This document shows, piece by piece, positions 1-9,549 of a stretch of 20,000 nucleotides of DNA. Source of the stretch: an uncultured virus (IMG/VR IMGVR_UViG_3300020048_000102) (taxonomy: Duplodnaviria; Heunggongvirae; Uroviricota; Caudoviricetes); IMG/VR virus record IMGVR_UViG_3300020048_000102; one strand, 5' to 3'. The first letter of the stretch is position 1. Each line of letters opens with the position of its first letter. The position numbers and the translations under genes were made by a program. The notes beneath the pieces were generated by a model that saw only the letters and a program-made list of their open reading frames with translations, searched no databases and was not told where the DNA came from.

Positions 1-2035
1 TAAGTGTATTGTCAAACTCTGGAATAATTGCCGATGGCGGGAATTGTTCGGGATCTAAATACGCTCCGGTTGGAACATATTGATTAAGAGTGACAGGACC
101 AAGGCCCGAAGATAGATTACCTTCGCCGAAGTTGAATCCATCTCCAACTACGTTTTCAACTCCAATCCAAATACTGTCTTTGCCTCCGTTACTACTAGTT
201 GGGATTCCTGCCTGTAGACGATTATTTTGATCAAAATAAAACCCTAATGGCGCAACAAATTTAAGTTGAGTTCCTTTAGTAATGTATCTCATTGAATAGA
301 TACTAAAAGTTCCCAATGGAATAGATACCTTCGTTCCGGTATTATCAATAATGTAAAAATATCCTGTTATTTGAGAACCGTCTATTGTAGTTTGTTGCCA
401 ATAACAATAATTGTCTATTGAGTTGGCACCTGGATAATATCCCGTATATCTAGGATAATATTTTTGATAATATTGAGTCGCTGATATTTCTGATAATAAT
501 ACTGGCAACGTTTGAGTAACAAACTGTAGAGCAAAATTTTCATTGATTATCGAGAATTGTACAATCTTATCTAAGTCACTGACGTAGAGTGCTCCGTCAT
601 CTGCGAACATGTTTGTGCTACTGTATTTTCCAGTAGGATCAAGTAAATCTAAACTACGACTTACGCCAATGCTACTACGATTTAACGCAGTACTTTTAAT
701 AATGCTGTTGTATCTAGTAAAAGGAAAATTACTATAGTCTTCTCCATTTACCATACGATTTTGAGTATAGTATCTTGCCGGTGCACGTTCCTTAATTTGA
801 GAAATACTTTCTCTTGCCTGAGCAGTGTTAACAACCGTTTGCAAACTAAACGTAAATGTTAATGTTTCAATACGATTTTGTCTGCTGATGTAGTTAATAC
901 TAACGGCAATTCCAGCCATTTCGTTGGGTTCGATAGTGTATGTCAGTGCGTTATCACTTCTAACATAAGCTCTGAATGTTCCTACCGGTATTTCTCCAAA
1001 TACTCCGTCACCAAATATGTATCTTACTTGATCATTTGATCTACTTGTAACCGCAAATATTTTACTTTGACTTTCGCCCTGTAAATTAGTATTAACAAAA
1101 ACATTTTCAACCTGATTCCATCTGAATTGAATTGTTCCGCTTTCATTTAACTGATAAAGCCAGGTATCTGTGTTATTGATTCCTTCAATATCAATATTTT
1201 GAAAGTTATTTTGTATTCTCTCTGGAAAATAAAAGTCGTTATTAACTAATGTTCCCTGTTTGAAGTAAAAAAAGAATCCTGTGTTGGCACTGCCAAATCC
1301 CAAACGATCATTACGATAAAGCATGATAAACTGCCCGTTGGGCTGTGGAGGTGGCTCGTACAACGCTGTACTATTAACACTAGTGCTACTTACTAGTTCA
1401 AAATTCATTTGAACGCCATCTACTTCGGTTGTGTAAGGAACAACTGGCAACTGACCTGATGGAATATTTACGGTATATTCCTGGGTAGTGACTCCTAAAA
1501 TATTCTGGGTATTACCGGGTCTTCCAACTCTCTGACTATTCACCAGTGAGCTGTTGATAATTGTGTTGAATTGTTCTTGCCAATTAGGGTTAGCGCTATC
1601 GTTCCATAATACAGTTTGATTACTAAGATTGACGCCGTTAATATCACGAATATTTTCAGTTGTACTAATCGCTGTTACTTTTACTAGACCTTGTCCAGTA
1701 GTGTTTCTCTTGGGGTTGTAACTAACAAGATTTGCTAATTTAATTACACTGTCGCGGCGTTCGGCAGTGTCAATAAAATTTTCTCTAGTATTTAAATCAT
1801 CACGAAATGCCAGAGCCTGTCCCATGAACGCCATGACATCTAACAGTGCCACAAATTCACTGGATTCTATATAATCATTGAAGGTTTCTGGATAGTAGGT
1901 CGTTAGATAATCGATGAAACTCTTACGCAAGGTTTCGTAATCAAAACTTTGGAAATCCGCCTCTCGATAGGTCTGATAGATTCGCTTCCAGTCCTGAATT
2001 CCGAATAGAGCTGTTTGTCTACTTGAGCTTGCCAT
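1..2035 (-). CDS. gp6: Baseplate wedge subunit, T4 gp6-like (partial; runs off the left edge)
   Basis: Not in the ORF track because it has no stop inside the window. ATG at 2035 gives MASSSRQTALFGIQDWKRIYQTYREADFQSFDYETLRKSFIDYLTTYYPETFNDYIESSEFVALLDVMAFMGQALAFRDDLNTRENFIDTAERRDSVIKLANLVSYNPKR. The DFxxFDY...ENFIDTAxRRDSV...LxxLVSYxP pattern is typical of gp6/baseplate J N-termini. The same frame is still open at the window edge (LDPEQFPPSAIIPEFDNTL). Confidence 0.88.
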   Translation of the reverse strand, partial: MASSSRQTALFGIQDWKRIYQTYREADFQSFDYETLRKSFIDYLTTYYPETFNDYIESSEFVALLDVMAFMGQALAFRDDLNTRENFIDTAERRDSVIKLANLVSYNPKRNTTGQGLVKVTAISTTENIRDINGVNLSNQTVLWNDSANPNWQEQFNTIINSSLVNSQRVGRPGNTQNILGVTTQEYTVNIPSGQLPVVPYTTEVDGVQMNFELVSSTSVNSTALYEPPPQPNGQFIMLYRNDRLGFGSANTGFFFYFKQGTLVNNDFYFPERIQNNFQNIDIEGINNTDTWLYQLNESGTIQFRWNQVENVFVNTNLQGESQSKIFAVTSRSNDQVRYIFGDGVFGEIPVGTFRAYVRSDNALTYTIEPNEMAGIAVSINYISRQNRIETLTFTFSLQTVVNTAQARESISQIKERAPARYYTQNRMVNGEDYSNFPFTRYNSIIKSTALNRSSIGVSRSLDLLDPTGKYSSTNMFADDGALYVSDLDKIVQFSIINENFALQFVTQTLPVLLSEISATQYYQKYYPRYTGYYPGANSIDNYCYWQQTTIDGSQITGYFYIIDNTGTKVSIPLGTFSIYSMRYITKGTQLKFVAPLGFYFDQNNRLQAGIPTSSNGGKDSIWIGVENVVGDGFNFGEGNLSSGLGPVTLNQYVPTGAYLDPEQFPPSAIIPEFDNTL

Positions 2036-2039
2036 AATA

Positions 2040-2681
2040 TTAGTATCCCGATAATATTATGTATTTATCACTAAAAAACGACTCTATTTTGATAACTTTC
2101 CAACCTCTGCTCACGCCGTTATCATTTATCATTCTGTGTACCGTGCCGGAACCGAATCCGGTCATTTCTCTAAATTCTACTCTTGTCATTGTCATTTGTT
2201 GATTTGTTTCAATGTTCAACCATTCATATTTTACTGATCTGAGTTTATTCAATTCGGATCTTTTTCTTCTAAAATCTTCGCTGTGTTTTATTCCTCTTAT
2301 TTTTTTCATTCTATTTTCTACATGTTGTTTAGTTTGAGATTTACCTCTCAATCTTTGACTTTGTTCAATTCGCGCTTCTTTAGATTTTTTCATCCCAGAT
2401 ACCCCTTCGCCCCCATCTGTTCCGTTGATTAGGATTCCAGTCTTTAGATCTTTTCTGCCCCACCAACGAATCATTCTGCGCTCTAATGCTAGTGCGCCTA
2501 ACTCAGATAGTCCGGATTCACAGATTACGATTCTATTGTTTTCTTTTGGGACTGGGATTTTGTGATGGGGTTTCCCCGCTCGTTCTGCCTTGCCTTTACC
2601 GATGTAATAAGGCGTTCCGTCTTGTCTTAGATAGGCATAAACATAAAACCCCAAGGGAGGGTTTAATTTACTAAATATCAT
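2040..2681 (-). CDS. Free-standing GIY-YIG (Seg-like) homing endonuclease with NUMOD3-like and C-terminal HTH-like DNA-binding segments
   Basis: [18 protein letters not shown] is the GIY...YIG motif. It is followed by R and E (ALALERRMI) and [19 protein letters not shown] and [11 protein letters not shown] are basic NUMOD3-like repeats. SD AAGGAG lies at 2690-2695. Confidence 0.85.
   Translation of the reverse strand: MIFSKLNPPLGFYVYAYLRQDGTPYYIGKGKAERAGKPHHKIPVPKENNRIVICESGLSELGALALERRMIRWWGRKDLKTGILINGTDGGEGVSGMKKSKEARIEQSQRLRGKSQTKQHVENRMKKIRGIKHSEDFRRKRSELNKLRSVKYEWLNIETNQQMTMTRVEFREMTGFGSGTVHRMINDNGVSRGWKVIKIESFFSDKYIILSGY
2062..2069 (-). promoter_or_regulatory. Late-promoter-like GATAAATA upstream of the gp6-like gene
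   Basis: Resembles the T4 late promoter TATAAATA and lies about 27 nt upstream of the ATG at 2035. A gp55-like sigma factor is encoded in the window. Confidence 0.65.
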
Positions 2682-2751
2682 GGCTGATGCTCCTTGAAAG
2701 CGTTAGAGTAGTTGGGAGTTGGTCGCTCCGCGAACTACACCATTATTTATC
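2682..2751 (-). promoter_or_regulatory. Late promoter plus structured 5' leader of the homing endonuclease
   Basis: Minus strand reads GATAAATA-ATGGT-GTAGTT cgc GGAG cgaccaa CTCC c AACTAC-tctaac-GCTTT caa GGAGC-atcagcc-ATG. This gives a bulged hairpin (2708-2738) and a small hairpin over the SD (2689-2701). Confidence 0.6.
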
Positions 2752-2886
2752 GTCGTCGTCTTCCGATATCAACTTTTCAACTTCGTCTGCTGCTTTACGA
2801 GTTTTTGTTTTAGTAGTCGTGTCCAGAGAATCTTCGTTGACCTCTTTCTCTTTGGCCGTTTCTGTTATTATTTCATAAATTTTCAT
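2743..2886 (-). CDS. 47-aa charged peptide, possible virion-internal protein
   Basis: Translated by hand: MKIYEIITETAKEKEVNEDSLDTTTKTKTRKAADEVEKLISEDDDDK*. It starts 2 nt after the gp25 stop on the operon strand and fills the gap exactly. Confidence 0.65.
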   Translation of the reverse strand: MKIYEIITETAKEKEVNEDSLDTTTKTKTRKAADEVEKLISEDDDDK

Positions 2887-2888
2887 AG

Positions 2889-3341
2889 TTATTGACTAAG
2901 TTGTTGAATACTACCGTCGAAACGATTTAGAAAAAAATCAATTTGAGTTGCTTGATTAAATGGACTAAAGGCTAACTCTATTTGTAATAAGAATCCGTTT
3001 TCTTGTTCATAAGCCCCAACACTGTTAAGCACAATTCTGGGATCTAACGCGATAACTCTTCTGACTTCAGTTTCTATTTGATCTCTGACATCATCAGTAG
3101 CGGGTTCAAAAACATATGACCAGAGTGTTGTTCCGTAAGTTGGCTGTCCGACCTTGTCGCCCTGTTTAATACTAAGGGCATTTAGTAAATCTCTGACCAC
3201 TAACCGCTCATCTGTTAGTGAAAATTTTCTGCCCTGTCTTGGAGAAAGAACTATACTACCAATACCCCCAAATACGCCTGGGCGCTGATCAACTCTTGGT
3301 TGATTGATATCTACGGTTGAAAATCCAATGTATGTTGGCAT
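2889..3341 (-). CDS. gp25: Baseplate wedge / sheath initiator, gp25 (GPW_gp25) family
   Basis: LLNALSIKQGDKVGQPTYGTTLWSYVFEP...EVRRVIALDPRI matches the gp25 pattern (GExxxxPxYG...EPR). Size (150 aa) and position after the spike gene also fit. Confidence 0.88.
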   Translation of the reverse strand: MPTYIGFSTVDINQPRVDQRPGVFGGIGSIVLSPRQGRKFSLTDERLVVRDLLNALSIKQGDKVGQPTYGTTLWSYVFEPATDDVRDQIETEVRRVIALDPRIVLNSVGAYEQENGFLLQIELAFSPFNQATQIDFFLNRFDGSIQQLSQ

Positions 3342-3356
3342 GATGTTATCCTATTT

Positions 3357-6300
3357 TTAAAATTGAAAGTATTTATTTGGGTCTGAGCGATCACCGTTCC
3401 AGAACTTGCTCCATCCACTTTGTTTTGGAGGTCCGACAGACTGAGAATTTTGCCCGTTGACTTCGGTTTGATATTTTATTTCTGTTTGATAGAGTTTTTC
3501 ATTTGCTGCAGCCAATTGTTCTACGGCAGCGGAATACGCACGTTCTACGGCCGCGTTGGTTCCTCTGTCCATACTTCTAGGAACTGGACGTTTTCTAGAA
3601 GCATCTAGTTCTGCCACTCGACGTTGTAGAACTTGTATTTCGTCCTCGTTCGTTCGAATTTCTCGTTGCAGTTCGCTTTGTGTTTTTAATTGATCTCCGA
3701 TATCTCTAGATTCCACATATGGCGCTGCCTCTTCTTTGGTAGGGATACTTGCCAGTGGAGCTGGAATTCTAGGGTCTTCATTTACTTGACCCTGCTTGGA
3801 TACAATTTCTGTTTTTACAAAAGTTTCTGTGGCTACTATGGCCGATTTAATTTGCCCGCCTGCCTTGCCTACTGCATTGAGTGCTCCTTGAATACTACTT
3901 GCTATTCCTGCTACGCTGGCTGTAACAGATTTTACTATCTGTGCCGGTAAATTAAGTGCTGTATTTACTAACGTTGTGGCAGTATTAACTACTCCAGAAA
4001 CTACTCCAGTTACTATTCCAGTCGCAGTATTAACTACACCAGTGGCGGCATTAGATATTCCCTTGATAGTATTATCTACTAAGTTACCGGTTAGACCTGA
4101 TGCAGATTGAAGATTTCCAGTACCAACTTGTCTAACTGAGTTTTTAACATTGTTGACGACATTTCCGGCAGATGATTGAACTTGTGACATAGATGAACTT
4201 AATCCTCCAGGTAAACTATTAATTCCACTGTTGGCCGAAGTTGCTTGAGATTTAAATATTCCACTGACTCGTTGTCCAACCGAATTAAATGTGTTACTAA
4301 CTGAATCAATAGCACTATTGATTCCTCCGCTAAGGAATGAAGAACTAGCACTTGCTCCTCGTTGTCGTGCTTGAGATGCTCGTTTTTCAGCCTCTTGTAG
4401 TGCCTGATAATTTTCAGGAGTAGCAGAATTTCTATATGCTTTTGTTGCACTAAAGACCAGTTCTTCTGTTACTGTTATTTCCTGTTCTGCAGCGGCATAC
4501 TGTGCTCCGGCAGAAGATGGATCAATTGATGGCTCTATTACTTCTCCATCACCTAAAACGTTTGGAGCATTTGCCGTTAAGTTTTGATAAGATTTTTCAA
4601 TAGTGTTAAAGGCATTTCTAAGAGTTCCCTGTAGTGCAGTAGTGGCAGCAGCGATGGATTTTCCTAATCCCGCGACGGTACTAGATATTGCACTCGATAC
4701 ACTTGATGCCAAGCCTGATAATCCATTGCTTAAACTATCGCTAAGTTGTCCAGCGTATTTTCCGCTACTGATAGATTCTACTACCTGACTTGCTTTACTG
4801 TAGACTTTCACCGCAGTGTTTGCTACTTGAGTAACCGTGTTTGCCACACCCTGAACCACCGCTACACCGGCGTTGATTGTTCCAGCCACCGTTGCTCCGA
4901 TACCGGCAATAACTCCAGTAACGGCGTTGATTCCGTAATTCGCTGTTGCTAATATTAAACCTCCAGCCTGTCCTGCAGCCTCTTGACCAGTTAAGATTCC
5001 AGCGTTTCTAAGTTGAGTGCTTGCTCCAATAATACTATTAGACACGGCAGACATTTGAACTGATGTATTTCTTAACACTGATAGTGGACTTGTTGCTCCC
5101 CAATTTCCTGTGACTAATCCCTGTATCGCTTTTTCATACGGCATACCCTGTGCTATTCTTGCCTGAACCAGTGATTCACTACCAGGTTTAAGAATTTGGC
5201 CTGGGGCGGTTGCTTGAGTCAGTGTTACTCCGCCTGGGCCAGGTAAAATACCAGCGCCTCGTTTCGTTAGTGTGTCAGTCGAAGATCCAGTGTCGCCAAA
5301 ATCATACACTATGTCGCTGAATTCTTCACCCAGTCCAGATATCGCCGTAACAGTTAGTGTTTCGCCTGTTCTACTTGTTCTTGCCGTTTGATTTGTTGCA
5401 CGTCTAGCAGCAGTTGGCTGTCGACCATCTGGCAATGTGCTGTTATTTACTGCCTGTTGAGCGGCAAGTGTAGTAGTTACTGGAGTTCCCAAGTTGCTGT
5501 TGATTGGCGGTTGAGTAGGAACAGTTGATGCCACCGTTGTTGTAACTGCCTTTTTAGGAGTGTTCGACGTAGCCGTATTGACTTGGTCGGTCACTGTTGT
5601 TGTTACGGGAACGCTGCTGTTTACCGCCGATGATACTTTAACATCAACTCCCTTTCCGGCTTCGGCCCAGGGTTGATGAGTGGGAGTTCTGGTAGTAACA
5701 GATAATAGGGCAGTTGGACTTGGGAACATCCAACCCTTGGAGGTACTAAAAGCAGTATCTAAATGATTTACTTTTGGTATTACCGGTATCGTTACCGGAA
5801 CTGTTCCCGTTTGTCCTGTATTAAGATTAACCTTTGCGCCATTAATGTAAGTTGTTCCAGAACTAGCCAAACTGCCAGTTCCGCCACTTAATAAACTTAA
5901 ATCGCCGTCAGACTTAACTGTGTATTTTCCCACAGAGTATTGAGCAAATGTAGCGCCTGAACGAATATTTAGATTGTTATCTGTTTCAAGATTAGCATCT
6001 TTAGCGTAAAAATTAAAGTTTCGTTTAGCGTTAATATTGACATCACGGTCAGCATGTAGGTTTAAATCACCCTGTGTACGAATGTTGACCGAGTTCGTAG
6101 AGAACATATCTATTGTTCCCTCTTTACCTAATTCTATCCAACTTTGTCCATTAGCGTGACAAATGAATAATGTTTGTCCACTATCACTCATAATGATTTG
6201 ATGACCGTCAGCGGTTCTGAATCTCATTAACTGATCTTTGCCGTCAATAGTACCGTCATCCATAACAATACTATGTCCGCCGGTTTTACCTATGCTTTGT

Positions 6301-7070
6301 AGTTTTGACTGATCTTCAGTTTGTGCCGCCTGTTTAATATTACTATTATTGTATCCGCCAGAATAAATTGTTCTACCAGGAGTTGAAATTCCAAATACTC
6401 TACTCGGCGTTTCACGTTGTGCGCTACTACTAATTGTTCCACGAATATTATCTCGAACTAATCCCTGTTGTAGTAGTATGCTGGCCTGATAACTTTGAAC
6501 CGGCTTAGGATCGGTAGCGATTGTTGAACTATTTCTTAAATTTGGGTTATCATAATTAATTTCGCCTACCGGTAAACGATCTGCGCCGCCGTATGTCTCA
6601 GATTCGCCCTTGTTTGGAACTACGACATTACTAGATCCTAATCCAGGAGTCATTTGCAATAACCCTGTTTTCGGTATACATCCTAGATAATATCCTTGAT
6701 TAGCATCTCCGTTAACGAAAATACAGATAACTTCAGTTCCGAGATCGGGAGCAGTAGCCCAGAATCCATAACTTTGGGGATTCTCGACAAATTTTCCGTA
6801 TCCAGTTGTGTCATTTCCACCTTCAATACTTTTTTCTTTAGTCGATACTCCATAAAACGGACTCAAATACCCTACTGTAATCCAATTAGTACTATCATCG
6901 GGGTCTTCGGAACCCACATTGGCAATGAAGACTTGAATTCTACCACTCTTACTAGGGTCAACATTGTTTTTAACTACGCCTATTACTGGTTCTGTTATCA
7001 GCGCAGCACCGCCATGGTCAGATTTATATTCTTTTGGTTTTCCTGAAAATATTTGATTATTCTGTGACAT
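3357..7070 (-). CDS. gp5: Baseplate central spike, gp5/VgrG-like, with a long low-complexity C-terminal extension
   Basis: N-terminal OB-fold pattern GVVKNNVDPSKSGRIQV...W...P.LGTEVICIFVNGDANQGYYLG. Beta-helix-like repeats follow (GHSIVMDD, GHQIIMSD, SWIELGKEGTIDMFS...INGAKVNLN). The remaining ~750 aa are rich in A/G/S/T/V. Confidence 0.8.
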   Translation of the reverse strand: MSQNNQIFSGKPKEYKSDHGGAALITEPVIGVVKNNVDPSKSGRIQVFIANVGSEDPDDSTNWITVGYLSPFYGVSTKEKSIEGGNDTTGYGKFVENPQSYGFWATAPDLGTEVICIFVNGDANQGYYLGCIPKTGLLQMTPGLGSSNVVVPNKGESETYGGADRLPVGEINYDNPNLRNSSTIATDPKPVQSYQASILLQQGLVRDNIRGTISSSAQRETPSRVFGISTPGRTIYSGGYNNSNIKQAAQTEDQSKLQSIGKTGGHSIVMDDGTIDGKDQLMRFRTADGHQIIMSDSGQTLFICHANGQSWIELGKEGTIDMFSTNSVNIRTQGDLNLHADRDVNINAKRNFNFYAKDANLETDNNLNIRSGATFAQYSVGKYTVKSDGDLSLLSGGTGSLASSGTTYINGAKVNLNTGQTGTVPVTIPVIPKVNHLDTAFSTSKGWMFPSPTALLSVTTRTPTHQPWAEAGKGVDVKVSSAVNSSVPVTTTVTDQVNTATSNTPKKAVTTTVASTVPTQPPINSNLGTPVTTTLAAQQAVNNSTLPDGRQPTAARRATNQTARTSRTGETLTVTAISGLGEEFSDIVYDFGDTGSSTDTLTKRGAGILPGPGGVTLTQATAPGQILKPGSESLVQARIAQGMPYEKAIQGLVTGNWGATSPLSVLRNTSVQMSAVSNSIIGASTQLRNAGILTGQEAAGQAGGLILATANYGINAVTGVIAGIGATVAGTINAGVAVVQGVANTVTQVANTAVKVYSKASQVVESISSGKYAGQLSDSLSNGLSGLASSVSSAISSTVAGLGKSIAAATTALQGTLRNAFNTIEKSYQNLTANAPNVLGDGEVIEPSIDPSSAGAQYAAAEQEITVTEELVFSATKAYRNSATPENYQALQEAEKRASQARQRGASASSSFLSGGINSAIDSVSNTFNSVGQRVSGIFKSQATSANSGINSLPGGLSSSMSQVQSSAGNVVNNVKNSVRQVGTGNLQSASGLTGNLVDNTIKGISNAATGVVNTATGIVTGVVSGVVNTATTLVNTALNLPAQIVKSVTASVAGIASSIQGALNAVGKAGGQIKSAIVATETFVKTEIVSKQGQVNEDPRIPAPLASIPTKEEAAPYVESRDIGDQLKTQSELQREIRTNEDEIQVLQRRVAELDASRKRPVPRSMDRGTNAAVERAYSAAVEQLAAANEKLYQTEIKYQTEVNGQNSQSVGPPKQSGWSKFWNGDRSDPNKYFQF
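3370..3376 (-). promoter_or_regulatory. Late-promoter-like ATAAATA upstream of gp25
   Basis: The motif lies inside the last codons of the spike gene (NKY), about 29 nt upstream of the gp25 ATG. Confidence 0.45.
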
Positions 7071-7083
7071 TGTTTATTCCGTT

Positions 7084-9546
7084 TTATGACGCAATTATTT
7101 GTGTAATTCCACGAATTCCGGTGAAATCAAAATTTTGTTCTTCTATTCTCTCGGTAACTTCTGGAATTGTTTTAGGCGTAGGTGTGATATTTTTATCATC
7201 ATCCGGCGACGGCGGAGTTAATACGTACGGCGATGTTACATCTGTACCGCCTTCCTCTGTAAATCCCCCTCCTAGAGACTGTTTTTCGATAGCGAATCCG
7301 ATATCAGCATCTTCTTGATCAAGCGAGCCTCTAATATCACTATTAGTCGTAGTAGGAATAATAGAACGACCCGTATCATTGTTCTTTGAGCCAATCAATG
7401 CACTATCAGGAACTAGTAACAAACTTAATACTTGTGTAAATGAACCCTTACTCATAGTGGACTCAACTGAAATTACCTCATAAACTACTCCACTAATCTT
7501 GGCAGCCCTTAAAGTGTCATAATTTTCAGGACTGTAAAATTGAATATTATTCCTTACGTTTAATAAACCCTTGTCGGTATAATCATCGGGTGAATTAAAA
7601 CGAATTTCTATAAGAATTTGAGACGAAAATGGATTTATACTACCGTCAGAATTATTATATATCGAACCGAGTGAATTTATTTTCCCTTGAGTTACTCCAA
7701 CTGCTGTCATAAAGTAGTCAGGGTCTCCAATTATTTTTATTTTGGCTTCTACCTGATCTTTCAAACTATATAAACTGGTTTTTACGTCCTGTGCGATAGT
7801 AGACCCTTGATTAAACTTAGTAGATGTAATGTCGCCGGTCGACACAGGCATAGGAATTGTCGTTACTCCGTAGTTTGGAAATTTAGGTGATATTATTCTA
7901 GAATCTGTTGTTGCCGTAGTTAAAAAGTATTGAGAATTAAATGATTGATCAAATTTTAGAATCTCGGTGTTTTTTCCAGTAAACATATATTCATAATATT
8001 TGAATGGACCACGATATGGAGTCCTATTAGAAACATATTGACTTTTGATATTAACTACTTCTTTTGGAATAATTTGATAGGTTATATCTAAAATAGGATA
8101 ATTTGTTACTGGATCGACTCCTTTATTAATAGTCACGGTGTTAATAGTGTGAGATTCATAATTCAAATTATTTGGATTAGATTTTGAAGATGATTCGGTA
8201 GTTTGGTCTATAGACCTATTTAATCTACCGGTAACATAACTACTATTAGTAATAATATTGTCAATGATTTGAGTAATGGCGGTTCCGGCCGTAACCGTGA
8301 CTTTTTGTTTAGTAACGTCAATGGTCTGTGCGTTAATGCTCTTAGTAACAGTGACATCTTTAGTTGTTTGAGCGGAACTCATTGGCACACTTCCGAAATT
8401 CACTTCGAAATTATTTGGCAACGTTGCTGTCGCGATAGGACTATTATAATCTATTTTTCCCTTTTTATCTAAAAATACGATATTATATGTAGTTGCTTCG
8501 GATAAATATCCTTTATTTTTTAGATCTTGATTTTTTTGATTTAATATTTGTATCAAACTGGTGGACGAGGAGAACTCGCCCTCGGATATAGAGCCGAGTA
8601 ATAATTCACGAACTGTTCTTCCAGTCATTGAGATACTTCCTTTGACTGAACCATTTATTTGACCATACGCTTGTTGTTCCGATGTAATTGCTGCCTCTAT
8701 TGAATATTCTGTTGAGCGCTCATCAATACTATACTCGAACTTATTAATAAGGATACTAAAATATCTTTCAGCTACACTATTTTTATCAGTACTTCCATTT
8801 AAAAAATTAGAAAATCTCGGGTCTGATGATTTCATTGGCAGACCATTAATATCATACCCATAGAATTTAATTCCAATAATTAAATTCTGTTGAAATTTGT
8901 TGGAGCTGCCCCCGGAACTTGACTGATTTATTTTATTACTCATTTCCGATAAATCAGTGATAAAATTAAAGCCAAGAGGTTCAATAATTTTAAATTTAAT
9001 ATCAGTAGACGTTGTCGCTCCTTGTAAAGCATTTCCAGGCATAATAGTATTAAAAATAAGGTCGTCTATGTAATAATCGTTTCCTTGCTGACCTTTGCCT
9101 AATTGTCTACTTTTTGTTATTAATCTTTGCTCAGCGGCGTTATTAACGCCAGCACTCTGTGCTACGATATACACGTCAGATCTAGTAGCTGGAAATTTTC
9201 CTCCACTAGAAACAAATTCGTTATTTGCCTCTTTGCTTACCATATACAATGTTATACTATAGTTGTAACTACTAAATTCTGATAATATGTTGTTTCTTCT
9301 AATGCCAGGGGCGTCGATATATTCAGTATCTCGAATAGACTTTTGACCTGTGTTTCTCACACTGGTCATTGTTGTCGTGCCATTGGTATCGGCGACGGTG
9401 CTAACAGTGCCTCGATTTTGACTATCGTCACTTGATAAGTTTAATGATGCTAGTCTACGTGCGCCCTCTAGGTTTTTGAAAGCGGCAAAAGCTTGAGCAT
9501 ATTCTCGTTCAGTTGCATAATTCTCTGGTACTGGTACTGTTGCCAT
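7084..9546 (-). CDS. Probable baseplate hub protein (gp27/GpD-like)
   Basis: 820-aa ORF between the gp53-like and gp5-like genes. The C-terminal IKIIGDP and SGVVYEVISVESTMSKGSFTQVLSL resemble hub/late-control D motifs. The assignment rests mainly on synteny. Confidence 0.6.
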   Translation of the reverse strand: MATVPVPENYATEREYAQAFAAFKNLEGARRLASLNLSSDDSQNRGTVSTVADTNGTTTMTSVRNTGQKSIRDTEYIDAPGIRRNNILSEFSSYNYSITLYMVSKEANNEFVSSGGKFPATRSDVYIVAQSAGVNNAAEQRLITKSRQLGKGQQGNDYYIDDLIFNTIMPGNALQGATTSTDIKFKIIEPLGFNFITDLSEMSNKINQSSSGGSSNKFQQNLIIGIKFYGYDINGLPMKSSDPRFSNFLNGSTDKNSVAERYFSILINKFEYSIDERSTEYSIEAAITSEQQAYGQINGSVKGSISMTGRTVRELLLGSISEGEFSSSTSLIQILNQKNQDLKNKGYLSEATTYNIVFLDKKGKIDYNSPIATATLPNNFEVNFGSVPMSSAQTTKDVTVTKSINAQTIDVTKQKVTVTAGTAITQIIDNIITNSSYVTGRLNRSIDQTTESSSKSNPNNLNYESHTINTVTINKGVDPVTNYPILDITYQIIPKEVVNIKSQYVSNRTPYRGPFKYYEYMFTGKNTEILKFDQSFNSQYFLTTATTDSRIISPKFPNYGVTTIPMPVSTGDITSTKFNQGSTIAQDVKTSLYSLKDQVEAKIKIIGDPDYFMTAVGVTQGKINSLGSIYNNSDGSINPFSSQILIEIRFNSPDDYTDKGLLNVRNNIQFYSPENYDTLRAAKISGVVYEVISVESTMSKGSFTQVLSLLLVPDSALIGSKNNDTGRSIIPTTTNSDIRGSLDQEDADIGFAIEKQSLGGGFTEEGGTDVTSPYVLTPPSPDDDKNITPTPKTIPEVTERIEEQNFDFTGIRGITQIIAS

Positions 9547-9549
9547 TAA

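Noticed and set aside
2671..2677. Plus-strand CTAAATA inside the start of the endonuclease gene (possible antisense promoter)
   Set aside because: A 7-mer of this kind is expected by chance in AT-rich DNA, and there is no supported plus-strand gene downstream.
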